From positions 1 to 30,415 of the forward strand of contig NW_021832908.1 in assembly GCF_006345805.1 (NCBI RefSeq): 30,415 nucleotides of DNA, written 5' to 3'. This DNA is from Octopus sinensis. Lineage: Eukaryota. The position numbers and the translations under genes were made by a program. Positions 1-10,736 of this stretch are shown here, piece after piece (within the stretch, counting starts at the first letter, position 1; each line of letters begins with the position of its first letter). The notes beneath the pieces were generated by a model, which did not search any database, was not told where the DNA came from, and saw nothing but the letters and a program-made list of their open reading frames with translations.

Positions 1-71
1 CACAGTGTGACTGAACCCGGAACCATGTGGTTGGTAAGCAAGCCACTTACCACACAGCCACTCTTACGCCT
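1..71 (-). mobile_element. Head of tRNA-derived SINE family A (cut by window start)
   Basis: Reverse complement matches the head of the full copy at 4736-5147 (GGCG.AGGAGTGGCTGTGTGGTAAG...GGTTCAGTC), with Pol III A-box-like and B-box-like motifs. Confidence 0.85.
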
Positions 72-77
72 TTAAGT

Positions 78-329
78 AGGCCTGGCACGTAAAAAGCACC
101 ATCCGATCGTGGTCGTTTGCCAGCCTAGTCTGGCACCTGTGCCGGTGGCACGTAAAAAGCACCCACTACACTCATGGAGTGGTTGGCGTTAGGAAGGGCA
201 TCCAGCCGTAGAAACATTGCCAGATCAGACTGGGCCTGGTGCAGCCTTCTGGCTTCCCAGACCCCAGTTGCACCGTCCAACCCATGCCAGCATGGAAAGC
301 GGACGCTAAACGACGATGATGATGATGAT
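78..329 (+). mobile_element. 3' part of SINE family B with (GAT)n tail
   Basis: Closely similar to 880-1192: repeated GGCACGTAAAAAGCACC modules, GGTTGGCGTTAGGAAGGGCATCCAGC, CCAACCCATGCCAGCATGGAAA, ending TAAACGA(C/T)GATGATGAT. A short tandem tail is typical of RTE-mobilised SINEs. Confidence 0.75.
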
Positions 330-444
330 TAAAGAATAAAGATATTATGAGTTGGAATACTTTTACCGACTCCAGCTAACCCTTAATTGTTTTCAACTTC
401 AGCTCCACAGGCCTGGTCATAATTATCTCTAATATCAACACAAG

Positions 445-608
445 GCCTGATCACGTCAACCCCAGTACATGACTGGTACATATTTTATGGGTCCAAACAG
501 AAGGAAAAGTCATCTTCAGCAGAATTTGAAATTAGAATGTTAAGAATAAGAAGCAATGCCCCTAAGCATATTTTCCAATGTACTAACAATCCTGCCAACT
601 CACCACCT
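445..608 (-). mobile_element. Decayed copy of SINE family C
   Basis: Degenerate match to 26777-27006 (GTCAACCCCAGTACATGACTGGTAC...GAATTTGAAATTAGAATGT...CTGCCAACTCACC). Confidence 0.6.
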
Positions 609-609
609 T

Positions 610-644
610 AGTAATCATCATAATAATAATAATAATAATAAATA
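610..644. repeat. (TAA)n microsatellite
   Basis: Direct reading of taataataataat run. Confidence 0.9.
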
Positions 645-669
645 GAAGAGTGCCATATCATGTGAAATT

Positions 670-729
670 GGTTGAACAATATTTCGGCATCTAGTATGCC
701 TTCTACAGATGCCGAAATATTGTTCAACC
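670..729. other. Perfect 23-bp inverted repeat with 14-nt loop (60-nt hairpin)
   Basis: GGTTGAACAATATTTCGGCATCT (670-692) is the exact reverse complement of AGATGCCGAAATATTGTTCAACC (707-729). Confidence 0.9.
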
Positions 730-797
730 CAGCAACTAAAGTGAGATTGCAACCACGCATGTCTGGCCCTGTTAAGAATACCCCTGATGTTTCAGGC

Positions 798-1192
798 GAT
801 ATGATATGCTTGAGAAGACCTGTTGAGTCAAGTAAAACCGATATCGTAGCTGTGGCCAGTGACCCCTGACTGGCTCCTGTGCAGGTGGCATGTAAAAAGC
901 ACCATCTGAACGTGGTTGATGCCAGTATACCCATATTGGCTCTTGTGCTGGTGGCACGTAAAAAGAACCATCTGAACGTGATCGATGCCAGGCCCACCTG
1001 TCTGGCTCCCGTGACGATGGCACGTAAAAAGCACCCACTACACTCTCGGTTGGCGTTAGGAAGGACATCCAGCTGTAGAAACATCGCCAGATCAGATCAA
1101 GCCTGATGCAGCTGCTGGCTCTCCAGACCTCAGTCAAACCGTCCAACCCATGCCAGCATGGAAAACGGACGTTAAACGATGATAATGATGAT
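798..1192 (+). mobile_element. SINE family B copy with three internal GGCA(C/T)GTAAAAAG modules
   Basis: Same body and (GAT)n tail as 78-329. Modules at ~886, ~951 and ~1016. The 5' boundary is approximate. Confidence 0.7.
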
Positions 1193-1358
1193 CACACACA
1201 CAACGGGCATCTTTCAGTTTCCGTCCACCAAATCCATTCACAAAGCTTTGGTTGGTCCGAGGGTATAGATAACACTCGCCCAAGGTGCTACGTAATGGGA
1301 TTGAAACCGAAACCATATGGTTAGGAAGCAAACTTCTTACCATACCCTGCATACTGCG
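1193..1358 (-). mobile_element. Diverged head module of SINE family A
   Basis: Matches the reverse complement of 4740-4900 (TTTCAGTTTCCGTC.ACCAAATCCA.TCACAA.GCTTTGGT.GG...CCCAAGGTGC). Confidence 0.75.
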
Positions 1359-1384
1359 ATAGTCATTAAAATCTAAAAACATTC

Positions 1385-1458
1385 TTTCTGTGCGGCCTGG
1401 TACCAAATAATCTACGACCTGGGACTGGTTTGCAGCCCCGTAGTTGGAGAACCCCGCC
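1385..1458 (-). mobile_element. Terminal fragment of a hAT-Charlie-like non-autonomous DNA transposon
   Basis: Reverse strand reads GCGGGGTTCTCCAACTACGGGGCTGC...TGGTACCAGGCCGCACAG, resembling MER1/Charlie-type ends as I recall them. No partner end seen. Confidence 0.4.
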
Positions 1459-2719
1459 TTACAATATTTAGTTTCATCATTCCATACTTTAAATTCAAAT
1501 TCTTCTAGAATCAACGAAATGTTGATTCAATCGACTTTCTACTGCTACAGATTTGTGACATTGTGCCAAATTAAGAAAATGTTGGTCCCCGCCCATCTAC
1601 TAAGCTTCTTGACAACATAAAAATTTGCAGGAGTAAATTTGATCAAGTAACAAAATATTTATTTGAAGAAAGTATTGGATATTTTGCCGACTAGACCGTG
1701 TGTTTTTAATGGTGAAAGGAAAATGAGAAGTCACGGCATTGGGGCCTTTTCCGAAAGCAATCTGATTGAAATAGCTAGAACGGAGAATTGAACGTAGACA
1801 ATATAAGTGAAATAGCTATAACCGAGAATCGAAACATATTTCTAGACTCATCTCACCAACAACAGCCCAAAACAAAATATCTAATTAAACACAGAAAGGT
1901 GATGAGAATGAACTCGTGGCTGCTATCAGGATTTAAATGAATTAAACCATATGTTGCCGTGGAAATTATATATATTACATTACATTCCATATGGGTATAA
2001 TTTTATAATGTTATACAAATCTAAAAAAACAATTATTATTATTTATCAAATAACGATTATATACATCACTTGATTAAATTTTTAAGTTTGGTTATTTAAA
2101 ATAAATGTTTGTTTTTTTTAATTAATTAATTTTTGTGACACGAATTATTCACTAATCCAAAGCAGGTGCTAAACATACAAAGGGATACATATACATATAT
2201 ATATATATATAGATAGATAGATATATATATATATGTATATATTTTATTATCCTATAGTTTACCTTCAAAACGAAATTACAACAATTGTGAAGAAAGACTT
2301 TGAGTCTTGTCTTGTGATAATTAAAACAAAAAGGTAAACGTAATTAGAGTCGAAGTTGGAAAATATGTGCTAGAAATTCTTTATAATTTAGGACCAAAAT
2401 CAACATTAATGTTTAGTTTAACACAATATAAATTAGCTCTACTAACAGAAGCTTTATATTCAGAGGCGAAATCAGCTAAATAAACAAACTGAAGTGACAT
2501 ACCGAATCATTCTCTAAGAAGACCATGCTTGATGTAGGAATGACGCCTTTGACAGGAAGTTGGAAGTAAGGAAGAGACGGTGAATAGCTGTAAATGCCAC
2601 CTGTAAAATTTGTGCCGTGTTATTTTTGTCCGGAATTTCAATTTTGGGTGTCTTAAATGTATATTGGGTACTAAATATTTGTATACCGCTAATGCATATA
2701 TTTATTTATTTTTTTTTTA

Positions 2720-3115
2720 CTAGCAGTATCGCCCGGCGTTGCTCGGGTTTGTAAGGGAAATAACTATATAAGCATTTTTAAAGAGTTATAGCCAAAAAAT
2801 AGCAAAAAAATGCATTAAAAATGGAAAAAAAATGATGGGAAATTTTTTTTAAATCGTTGACTCATCGTAGACATTTTTAGAGAGTTACTTCCCTTATATA
2901 ATAGCGAAAAATGCATTAAAATGGAAAAAAATGATGGTAAATTATTTTTAAAATCGTAGACTCATCGTAGACGCGCGCTAATACCCAGAAGGGTTCGATA
3001 TGAATCACGACTATAAGATACCCGCTTTTGGTTACACTGTACCGCAAAATGTGGGAGTAGTTAGGAATCTAAATCGTAGGAGACAGACACACAACTTGAC
3101 TTTTATATATAAAGA
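2720..3115 (-). mobile_element. Non-autonomous Helitron, copy 1
   Basis: Minus strand starts TC (3115-3114) after an A. It ends CCCGAGCAACGCCGGG hairpin + CGATACTG + CTAG before a T. These are canonical Helitron termini with an A|T target and no TSD. Internal ~100-bp tandem duplication (2774-2872, 2873-2972). Confidence 0.85.
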
Positions 3116-3169
3116 TTTATTAAGACGGTGTCTTCATTAAGTCAAAACTGTTGAGAAATCTTCTTAGAA

Positions 3170-3255
3170 ATGTGTATGTGTGTGTGTGTGTGTGTGTTTA
3201 AAAAGCTATCTATCTATCTATCCATTTGTGTGTTTCCATCGCGCGCGCGCGTGTG
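3170..3255. repeat. (TG)n, (TATC)n and (CG)n simple repeats
   Basis: Direct reading. Confidence 0.85.
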
Positions 3256-3469
3256 TTAATAAAAATAATTTAATCGACAGAAGTTACAAAAGTGACTCAT
3301 AGGTCGAGAGTTTCGTGCATGTGTGCATGTACGTACGTTGTGTGTGTATACATTTAGTGTCTGTCGTATATATATATATATAAATAGTAAATCCCAAAAA
3401 ACGAAGAACAAGCATAACAAAAACAAACAACAACGCAAGGTCGTGGTACATACAAAGTATTAGCAGACG

Positions 3470-3620
3470 CTAATATATATGTATGTATGTATGTATGTTT
3501 GTATGTATGTATGTATTTATGTATGTATATATAATATATATATATATATTATATATATATATATATATACATACATACATACATACACAACATACATATT
3601 TATACATATGCATATATAAT

Positions 3621-3665
<45 letters not shown>

Positions 3666-3701
3666 TATATATACATATACATATATTATTATATATACAT
3701 A
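3470..3701. repeat. Compound (TATG)n/(TA)n/(TACA)n microsatellite
   Basis: Direct reading. Confidence 0.9.
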
Positions 3702-4217
3702 CTAGCAGTATCGCCCGGCGTTGCTCGGGTTTGTAAGGGAAATAACTATATAAGCATTTTTAGAGAGTTACCTCCCTTATAGATGCCAATTCGGGCTTTC
3801 TTAGCCATTTCTGTGTTTGGTGTCTTCAAGCCATGAAGTCGTTGTTCTAAAAGAACGCTGGTCTCCTTGACAACACTTTACGACGTTGATTTCCTTCACT
3901 CCCTTCCCCACAGCTTCACGAGGGAGGGAAGAAGGGGGAGAAGCGGAGAAGCAGGTGCAGGTGTGACCATGGACGCCAACTCCGCCGCCATCGACACACG
4001 AAAATTATGCATTAAAATGGAATAAAAAATGATGTTAAATTATTTTTAAAATCGTAGACTTATCGTAGACGCGCGCTAATACTCAGACGGGCTCGATATG
4101 AATCACGACTATAAGATACCCGAATTTGGTTAAACTGCACCGCAAAATGTGGGAGTAGTTAGGAATCTAAATCGAAGGGGACAGACACTCACACAACTAC
4201 AGTTTTATATATATAGA
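3702..4217 (-). mobile_element. Non-autonomous Helitron, copy 2 (same family as 2720-3115) with ~217-bp internal insert
   Basis: Identical first ~55 nt on the + strand (CTAGCAGTATCGCCCGGCGTTGCTCGGG...). Shared block from ATGCATTAAAATGG to TTTTATATATA(T/A)AGA. Extra sequence at 3782-3998. Confidence 0.85.
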
Positions 4218-4273
4218 TATATATATACATATACATATATATATATATTTTTTATATACATACATACATACAT

Positions 4274-4332
<59 letters not shown>

Positions 4333-4355
4333 TTATTATATACATATATATATAA
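4218..4355. repeat. (TA)n-rich microsatellite
   Basis: Direct reading. Confidence 0.9.
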
Positions 4356-4735
4356 TTTTCAGAATGAGAAAAATCCAAGGCTGTGAAAGATTTCAGAACA
4401 TATGCGCGCGCGCGTGTATGTGTGTGTGTTTCCCCGGAAAGAACTCTTGAGTGCGGACCAAGGAACTGACAACATAAAGTATCCAATCTGCAGGGCCTTC
4501 ATAGGTAAGATAACGGCCCTGGCACCGTCAACCCAAGGAGCACGGAGGAGCCTGAGCTCGTTGAAAAGGTGGCCACATGGTCACGTATGACCTTTAACCC
4601 AATCTGAGTATCCTCAAAGGATGACTGACAAATAACACCTTCGACATTCAGTTGTTGAAAGACAACGGCAATGCCAAAGACAGAATGGCCAAACTAAACA
4701 ACTGGCAGGGAGCAGTTGATAAATGTCAGCTATAT

Positions 4736-5147
4736 AGGCGCAGGAGTGGCTGTGTGGTAAGTAGCTTGTTTACCAACCACATGGTTCCGGGTTCAGTCCC
4801 ACTGCGTGGCACCTTGGGCAAGTGTCTTCTACTATAGCCTCGGGCCGACCAAAGCCTTGTGAGTGGATTTGGTAGACGAAAACTGAAAGAAGCCCGTCGT
4901 ATATATATGTATATGTATATATATGCGTGTGTTTGTGTGTCTGTGTTTGTCCTCCTAGCATTGCTTAACCGATGCTGGTGTGTTTATGTGCCCGTTACTT
5001 AGCGGTTCGGCAAAAGAGATCGATAGAATAAGTACTGGGCTTACAAAAGAATAAGTCCCGGGTGTCGAGTTGCTCGATTAAAGGCGGTGCTCCAGTATGG
5101 CCGCAGTCAAATGACTGAAACAAGTAAAAGAGTAAAAGAGTAAAAGA
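4736..5147 (+). mobile_element. Full-length tRNA-derived SINE family A (head, internal TA/TG microsatellite, tail ending (TAAAAGAG)n)
   Basis: A-box-like TGGCTGTGTGG and B-box-like GGTTCAGTCCC. Apparent 6-bp TSD CTATAT (4730-4735 and 5148-5153). Sibling copies at 12801-13180 and 27178-27680. Confidence 0.9.
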
Positions 5148-5749
5148 CTATATGGGAAGCTGAAAGTATGGTGCATCACAACGAGATTGCAGTGAATATC
5201 GTTGCTTTATGAATTTTCCACACGCAGGTGAAGTAAATGGAGAGGTTGTGTAGTGAAGTCATGCGGTATATTCGAGCGAAGTTGGCTGGGGTTCCCTCAA
5301 CTTTCAGCTAAGTCAAACTTGCACAGTAATTCCTCTAAGCTCCACGGATCAGCTTCAGACCATGCTGGTGGAGCTCGACATCAAAATTTGGGATTTGCGG
5401 AGGGTTAAAGTGGTAACAAAAACAGGACAGTAAGAACAAAACAGCAAAATCAAAGGGTAAGGGCTCGTGAGCCATAACGAGGGGAAATTGTGAACGCTGG
5501 AGAAACGAGCTTTGACAAGAGACAGGCAAAAGCGCGTCTTGTCTCTTGTAAAGCAAGAGGGAAAAGAAGATAGCCGCTGGTCACGTGTGAGCAACGAGAG
5601 AGTCAAGGAGGAAGAGTAAATGAGGGAGAGGGAGGGGGAGAAAGAGAACAGCGAAGGGGAGGAGAAGAAAAACAGAAAGAAGAAGGAATAATAGAGGGAG
5701 AATAGAGATAGTTGTAGAGTGCGCATCAGAATTATTAAGATAAAACTTA

Positions 5750-7125
5750 CTTGGAAATGGATGCGTGGTGTTCAATCATATAATAAATTACTTCCCACTC
5801 TTAAGCAGCCAATATACAGTTGTCCATGCGACGGGTCTTCCAAGAGAAGACCCGTCACAGAGAGGGTTTGACCATGAGATTTGTTAATGAACATGGCAAA
5901 ACTGACACGAAGTGGGAATTGCAGTCTTCTGAACGTAAATGGGATTTCTGCTCCTGATGTTAAATGGCGGAGTGTCGTCGGTGAAGTGAAAAGCCAACGA
6001 CGCGCCAGAAAGCCTCATTGCTACTTATGTACTGTCCCACCTGACAGTGCATCACCTCATCCTGGCAGTATTCTTGTTGCAGTCCAAACATTGCAGCGTC
6101 AGAACCCTTGTTCACATACTTACAAACGTACTTTATGGACGTAACGGAGTTGCAAAACTCAACGTTGATGTGGGCATGGAAAGTCTTTGACAAGATTGGG
6201 CAGTAGGGAACAATCCATCTATTATCAACCTCGTGCTGTCCGATAGTTGCTGTGAAACTACCATCTTCTGGTTTTCTCCGTCTGTATGATGGGTAACCAT
6301 CAGCACTCGTTTGAGTTTCTTGTAGGAACTTCCTTGGAAACCTTTTCGAACATACGCTGTCTTTCAAGCATGGTGAGTTTATGTTGAATCCATGCCCACA
6401 TGGACCATGCACCATGTTTGCCTTGACTATTTCGTATAGTACGTTGTGTAAAACTGGATTAGGAAGCTCTGCAGAGATTATATTGTCGATGTCAGTGGAT
6501 TTGATCTTCGTTGACAGCCAAAGTAGGATATGAGCATGTGGAAGGCCCCTTTTTTGCCATTCGATTGTGTACATGTCACACTGTATGGGTCCGAAGACTT
6601 GCCCTTTTTTATGAGCTCCATGAGAGTGACTAACTTCAGATGGAAAACTCGAGCGAGGAGGTCGTGCCTGTCTTTAGGCTTTTGACCGAAGAAGAGTTCG
6701 GCCTGAATCTCCTCCCATTTGGGATTGCATGTGAAAGTAAAGAACAGGTCAGGACTGCCGTAATGGCGGACAAAGGTCGTTGCATTCTGTGTTCTTGCAT
6801 GCATGTATCGGGGACTTCCAGTGAAGGTGAAGAGCAAGATGCAAACTCTTCCTATGCTTGTTGGAGCAGCATCATTGTTGCTGACATCTCGGAAATGGAT
6901 GTAGCAGTCAGAGCGCAATTTTTTTTTTTTTATGTGACCAAATGAAACGTTTTTCTCTCTGATTCCATTTTTGCGCACATGTCGACTGCAAATTGATGAA
7001 ACAGCTCTTGAGATTGGTGGAGGTGATTACAGCAGTTGTTTTGGGTCATAAATCGGTATGAGTAGAAGTCCATGCAGGATACTGGCTTGTTGAGATGTTC
7101 ATTACGATTTTAGTGCGATACTCAT
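5750..7125 (-). pseudogene. Helitron RepHel remnant: Rep (HUH) domain joined to the C-terminal motifs of the Pif1-like helicase
   Basis: Translated pieces: VSCMDFYSYRF..LFHQFAVDMCAKMESER, KKLRSDCYIHFRD, GSPRYM, PDLFFTFTCNPKW (motif 1), EWQKRGLPHAHILLW (HUH), KYVCKYVNKG, YISSNEAFWR. Another frame then gives IPFTFRRLQFPLRVSFAMFINKSHGQTL..SHGQLYIGCLRV (helicase V/VI). Frameshifts near 6930, 6605 and 5965. Confidence 0.92.
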
Positions 7126-7189
7126 TATTTTATAGATTACATTTAAATCTATTTTGCTTGCAATAATTTTTTAAACGATGCGAGTAAAT

Positions 7190-8450
7190 TTTCTAGTTTT
7201 TAGAGTTTATATTAATATTATTTATAGGAAAATATTTATTATTTGGTTTATCAATATTATTCATAGAATTTATTAGATCTTTGTTATTATTAACATTATA
7301 CTGGGGAAGAAAAGTTAATTTTTGTTTATAATCAGCCTTAAATAAAGCTTCATTATAGAATCTTGTATTTTGATTAAAGATTTCATGGTTAGCCGAAAGT
7401 GGTGATAAATGGGATGAAATACTATAAACTAAAGAATTTCTGACCACTTTTGGTGGATGGAAAAACTATTAACAATTTAAAGTTTGGTTTGTCTTGTGGA
7501 AATTTTTATAAAGACCGGTAGTGAGATCTAGAGTAACATCTAGGAAATTTTCTGGTCTTTAACATTACTAGAATTAGGCAAAATTAGTAAAGCATAATCT
7601 CTATAAATGTCTCCATCAATATTCTGAAATTCATCTTTAATACAGTATAATAAACACCTGCAATATCAGTAACCAGAGCAGAGTCATTAGATCCCATGGA
7701 AATATCAACCTTTTTGTCTATCCTTTCTCACCCAAAGTTTATCGTTAAATTTAATAATAGTTCTCCTTGCTGTTAGAATAATATCAATTTCATTTCTAGT
7801 TAGATTAGAGTTTTCATAGGAAATATAAGAACCTTATTGGGGAGAATTGGAGAGATAAGCAAGTAGTAATTATCGATATCAAATGGTGAAAAATAAATAT
7901 TGATTTTATCTTTAATATTAGTAAACCATTTAATAACTTCAGTAGTATTAGATCACAGGCTAAGTGATATTTTCGTCTTAATTCTATCAATAATGAGTTT
8001 ACTTATCCTTCCACTATCCGATTTAGTTAGGCAAATTAATCTGATAGAGGGTTTACTTACAAAATTTGCTTTATGTTCCTTAAGATTTATTTTAGGAATT
8101 CTCGGCATGAAAGATGCAGTCCTATTTTCTAAATCAAGGGATTTTGCAATACAATGCCCTTGTTTATTGATACCAAATAATTCCGAAGTCCGTGCTAGTT
8201 TATAATCCGTGTTTAGTTCATTATTAGATTGTTATAAGTGTTAAGATCAAGACAATATAAATTTCCTATTTTGTCAGCCGGAATTAAAATTCCAGGAGCT
8301 TTCTTCGGCTTTGCAGTAAATTCTTTAATTTACAGAAGTATTATTTTTAAATATATTCTTCTTGAATTTAATATTTTGTACAATACTTAATAAATCCTTT
8401 TCAAAATTTTCCAGATTTTTATAATGAGGGTTTTTTTTTTCTAGATTTAA
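7190..8450 (-). pseudogene. Penelope-like element reverse transcriptase remnant, frameshifted, GIY-YIG domain not seen
   Basis: Translated pieces: NLENFEKDLLSIVQNIKF, IPADKIGNLY, LKEHKANFVSKPSIRLI..KSDSGRISK, SNTTEVIKWFTNI, PFDIDNYY, DISMGSNDSA, DIYRDYAL, FLDVTLDL, HPPKVVRNS..SISSHLSPLSANHEIF. This order matches PLE RT motifs. Confidence 0.85.
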
Positions 8451-8452
8451 AT

Positions 8453-8530
8453 TCTCTCTGATTGCTTCGTCCCGATTTTGTTCTTTCAGTGACACTCCCA
8501 GCATCGATTTTTCCATAGCTCTTTTAAGCA
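8453..8530 (-). mobile_element. Short RTE-clade LINE C-terminal coding fragment
   Basis: KRAMEKSMLGVSLKEQNRDEAIRE resembles the RTE motif RAMERxMLGVSLRDRIRNEEIR. Confidence 0.55.
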
Positions 8531-8777
8531 ATTACCAGCCCCTGCTCTCTTCTCTCTTCGTCGTGGCCTAGGTTTTACTTCTTCGTACCTTTCTCATCCT
8601 CGTACTTCCAAACGCTTGCATTTCATCAACCCATGTATTATTAAATGTAATAATATAGATTATTTACATGTTTTAAAGTTACGAAACAATTTGTTGTTAT
8701 ATTAGAATTTTCTTTTCATCAAACTATTTCTCTGTCATTTATGACTTTATATATATATACTTTTATATATATATATA

Positions 8778-8993
8778 CATTCAAAATGTGACCCGTGTGT
8801 ACCGTTGGCGATTTTTTTTCCTCTGTCTTCCCTTCTCTGGATCTTTCCTTCTCCTATGTTTCCGACGAAGAGCTCCGCTCGAAACGTTAAACCCTCCTTC
8901 TTTCCTTCTTTCCTGAGCGTCCAATAATACTATATTTGTTCCACGTCCTCGCGTTGTTGTGTTTTCTCTTTGTGTTTTCATGTTTGGATTAAC
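8778..8993 (+). mobile_element. Small element between (TA)n runs, probable Penelope-type terminal repeat carrying a hammerhead motif
   Basis: Bounded by TA runs on both sides. Contains CCGACGA-A-GAGC.TCC.GCTC-GAAACGTT. Lies ~330 bp from the 5' end of the PLE RT remnant. Confidence 0.55.
8858..8892 (+). ncRNA. Candidate minimal type I hammerhead ribozyme (U4C core variant)
   Basis: Stem I GTTT/AAAC. Core CCGACGA (consensus CUGANGA) plus an extra A. Stem II GAGC-TCC-GCTC, then GAAA. Palindromic ACGT stem III. Putative GUU cleavage triplet at 8886-8888. Confidence 0.55.
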
Positions 8994-9004
8994 TATATAT
9001 ATAT

Positions 9005-10716
9005 AAACTTAGATAAACTTAGATATGTTTCGACCAAAGATTGGTCCAGGCCATGTCTAACTTAATAGCACCACCTGATAGGATTATTCGAATCCTGTTT
9101 AAGTCAAGTTTTGTTCAAGTAGTGAGTTCTTGTTGGGTGAGTTGTATCCAGTTTTGTTCAAGTAGTGAGTTCTTGTTGGGTGAGTTGTATCCAATTATGG
9201 GTGGCTTATCTGGTATTCTTTGAAGGAATCTATCCAGACTCTGTTTAAAGTTGATGGGATCCTTTTCCTCGTTGATCTCCCTCGGGACAATGTTAAATAG
9301 GGCAGGGCCTGTTGAGGAAAAGAAATTATGTTGCAGTGTACATGTATGTTGTGATCTTGAATTGGGCAGGGGACGTATAGCCCGTGGTCCAAGTCTTGTA
9401 TGAACCTTGAAGCTAATGTTTAGGTCGTTTGGGCAAAGATGGCGGTATATTTTCCACATCGTACAAAATGATGTACCGCTCACGGCGACGCTGGAGGAGT
9501 AAAGTTTCAAGGCTTTAAGGCGATCCCAATAATCGAGAGCAGCCATGCCTTCAATTTGTTTAGTGAGAGCCCTCTGGGGTGACTCAATTCTGGAGATGTT
9601 TTGTCTTGTGTGAGGAGACCACAGTGGGCAGCAGTATTCAAGGTGTGGTCGTACAAAGGAGGAAAAAAGTGGTATGATGACACCTTGTTCTCTGGACCGG
9701 AAAGTCTTAAGATCCAGGAACTCATCCTACGAGCTATATCGACCTTCTTGTTGATGTGTGCACTCCAACTGAGATCGTCATCAACAATTACACCCAAGTC
9801 TCTGATATTGTTAGAGGCTGTGAGCGGTTCCCCTGAAGAAGAAGAGAGTATGGTTGTTTTAGTGAGGAATTTCTTCCAAATGCATCAGCTCAAATTTTCC
9901 CTCATTCAGTTGCATTTGTTTTCTGTCTGCCCATTGACTCACAGCATATAGATCAGACTGGAGTTGAGTTCGGTCTGCTTCTTCATGACGATTTGCTGGA
10001 GCTTAGTGTCATCAGCGAATATTTTCACTTTGCAGTAATGTACGACACTGGAAAGGTCGTTTACGTAAATTATGAAGAGTAGCGGACCCAAAACAGTTCC
10101 CTGGGGAACACCGCTGGTGACTTTTGCTGGGTTTGAGGGACTCCATCAACTACAACATGTTGTGTTCTATTCGCCAGGAAATACTAATCAGTGTAGAACT
10201 TTTCCACGGATTCCAACATTTGCCAATTTTGAGAGAGAGTAGGATGTTATGGTCTACCCTGTCGAACGCTTTACTGAAGTCAAGATATATGACGTCAGAG
10301 TTCGAACCTGTTCCCAAGGCTTGAGTACATCTTCAATGTGGTGGTAAGAGCTGTGTTAGACAGTCCCTGCCACAGCGAAAGCCATGCTGATTTGAATTTA
10401 GGAGTTTGTGGGTCTCCAGGAAGTCAGCTATCCTTGATCTTAACACTCTTTCAAACACTTTAATGATGTGGGAGGTGAGAGTGAGATTGGGCGATAGTTG
10501 ACTGCGAGGGATTGTTTCCCTGTTTGAAAACCGGGATGACCGACTGGGATAGAAACTGTTTCGGTATATAACCTGCGTCTAACGAATTTCTCCAGGGGTT
10601 GGTCAGAGGGACTGCAAGTTGATATCTACATTCCTTCAGGAGACTGGCGGGAAATCTATCAGGGCCTACAGCAGAGTAATGTTTGACCTCATTTATTGCT
10701 GCTACGATGTCGGTGG
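9005..10716 (-). mobile_element. 5'-truncated CR1/L2-type LINE (RT and C-terminal region), frameshifted
   Basis: Translated pieces: [95 protein letters not shown]. 3' end has a 10-bp tandem (AAACTTAGAT x2, 9005-9024). A 43-bp tandem duplication lies at 9107-9193. Confidence 0.92.
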
Positions 10717-10736
10717 TATATATATATATATATATA

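Noticed and set aside
608-1514. ORFs of 124-158 aa at 608-1084, 772-1146 and 1134-1514
   Set aside because: They run across SINE copies, a microsatellite and a DNA transposon end. No recognisable domain.
1500-1720. Possible host exon on the minus strand
   Set aside because: All frames contain stops, and I recognise no domain or convincing splice context.
4149-4486. YI/IY-rich ORFs (also 27318-27681)
   Set aside because: Translations of (TA)n and (CA)n microsatellites.
5330-5420. Possible RTE RT fragment (SSTDQLQTMLVELD)
   Set aside because: Resembles the segment after FADD in RTE RTs, but it is too short and the FADD motif itself is not recoverable.
6640-8205. Plus-strand ORFs at 6640-6945 and 7900-8205
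   Set aside because: Antisense shadows of the Helitron Rep and Penelope RT coding sequences.
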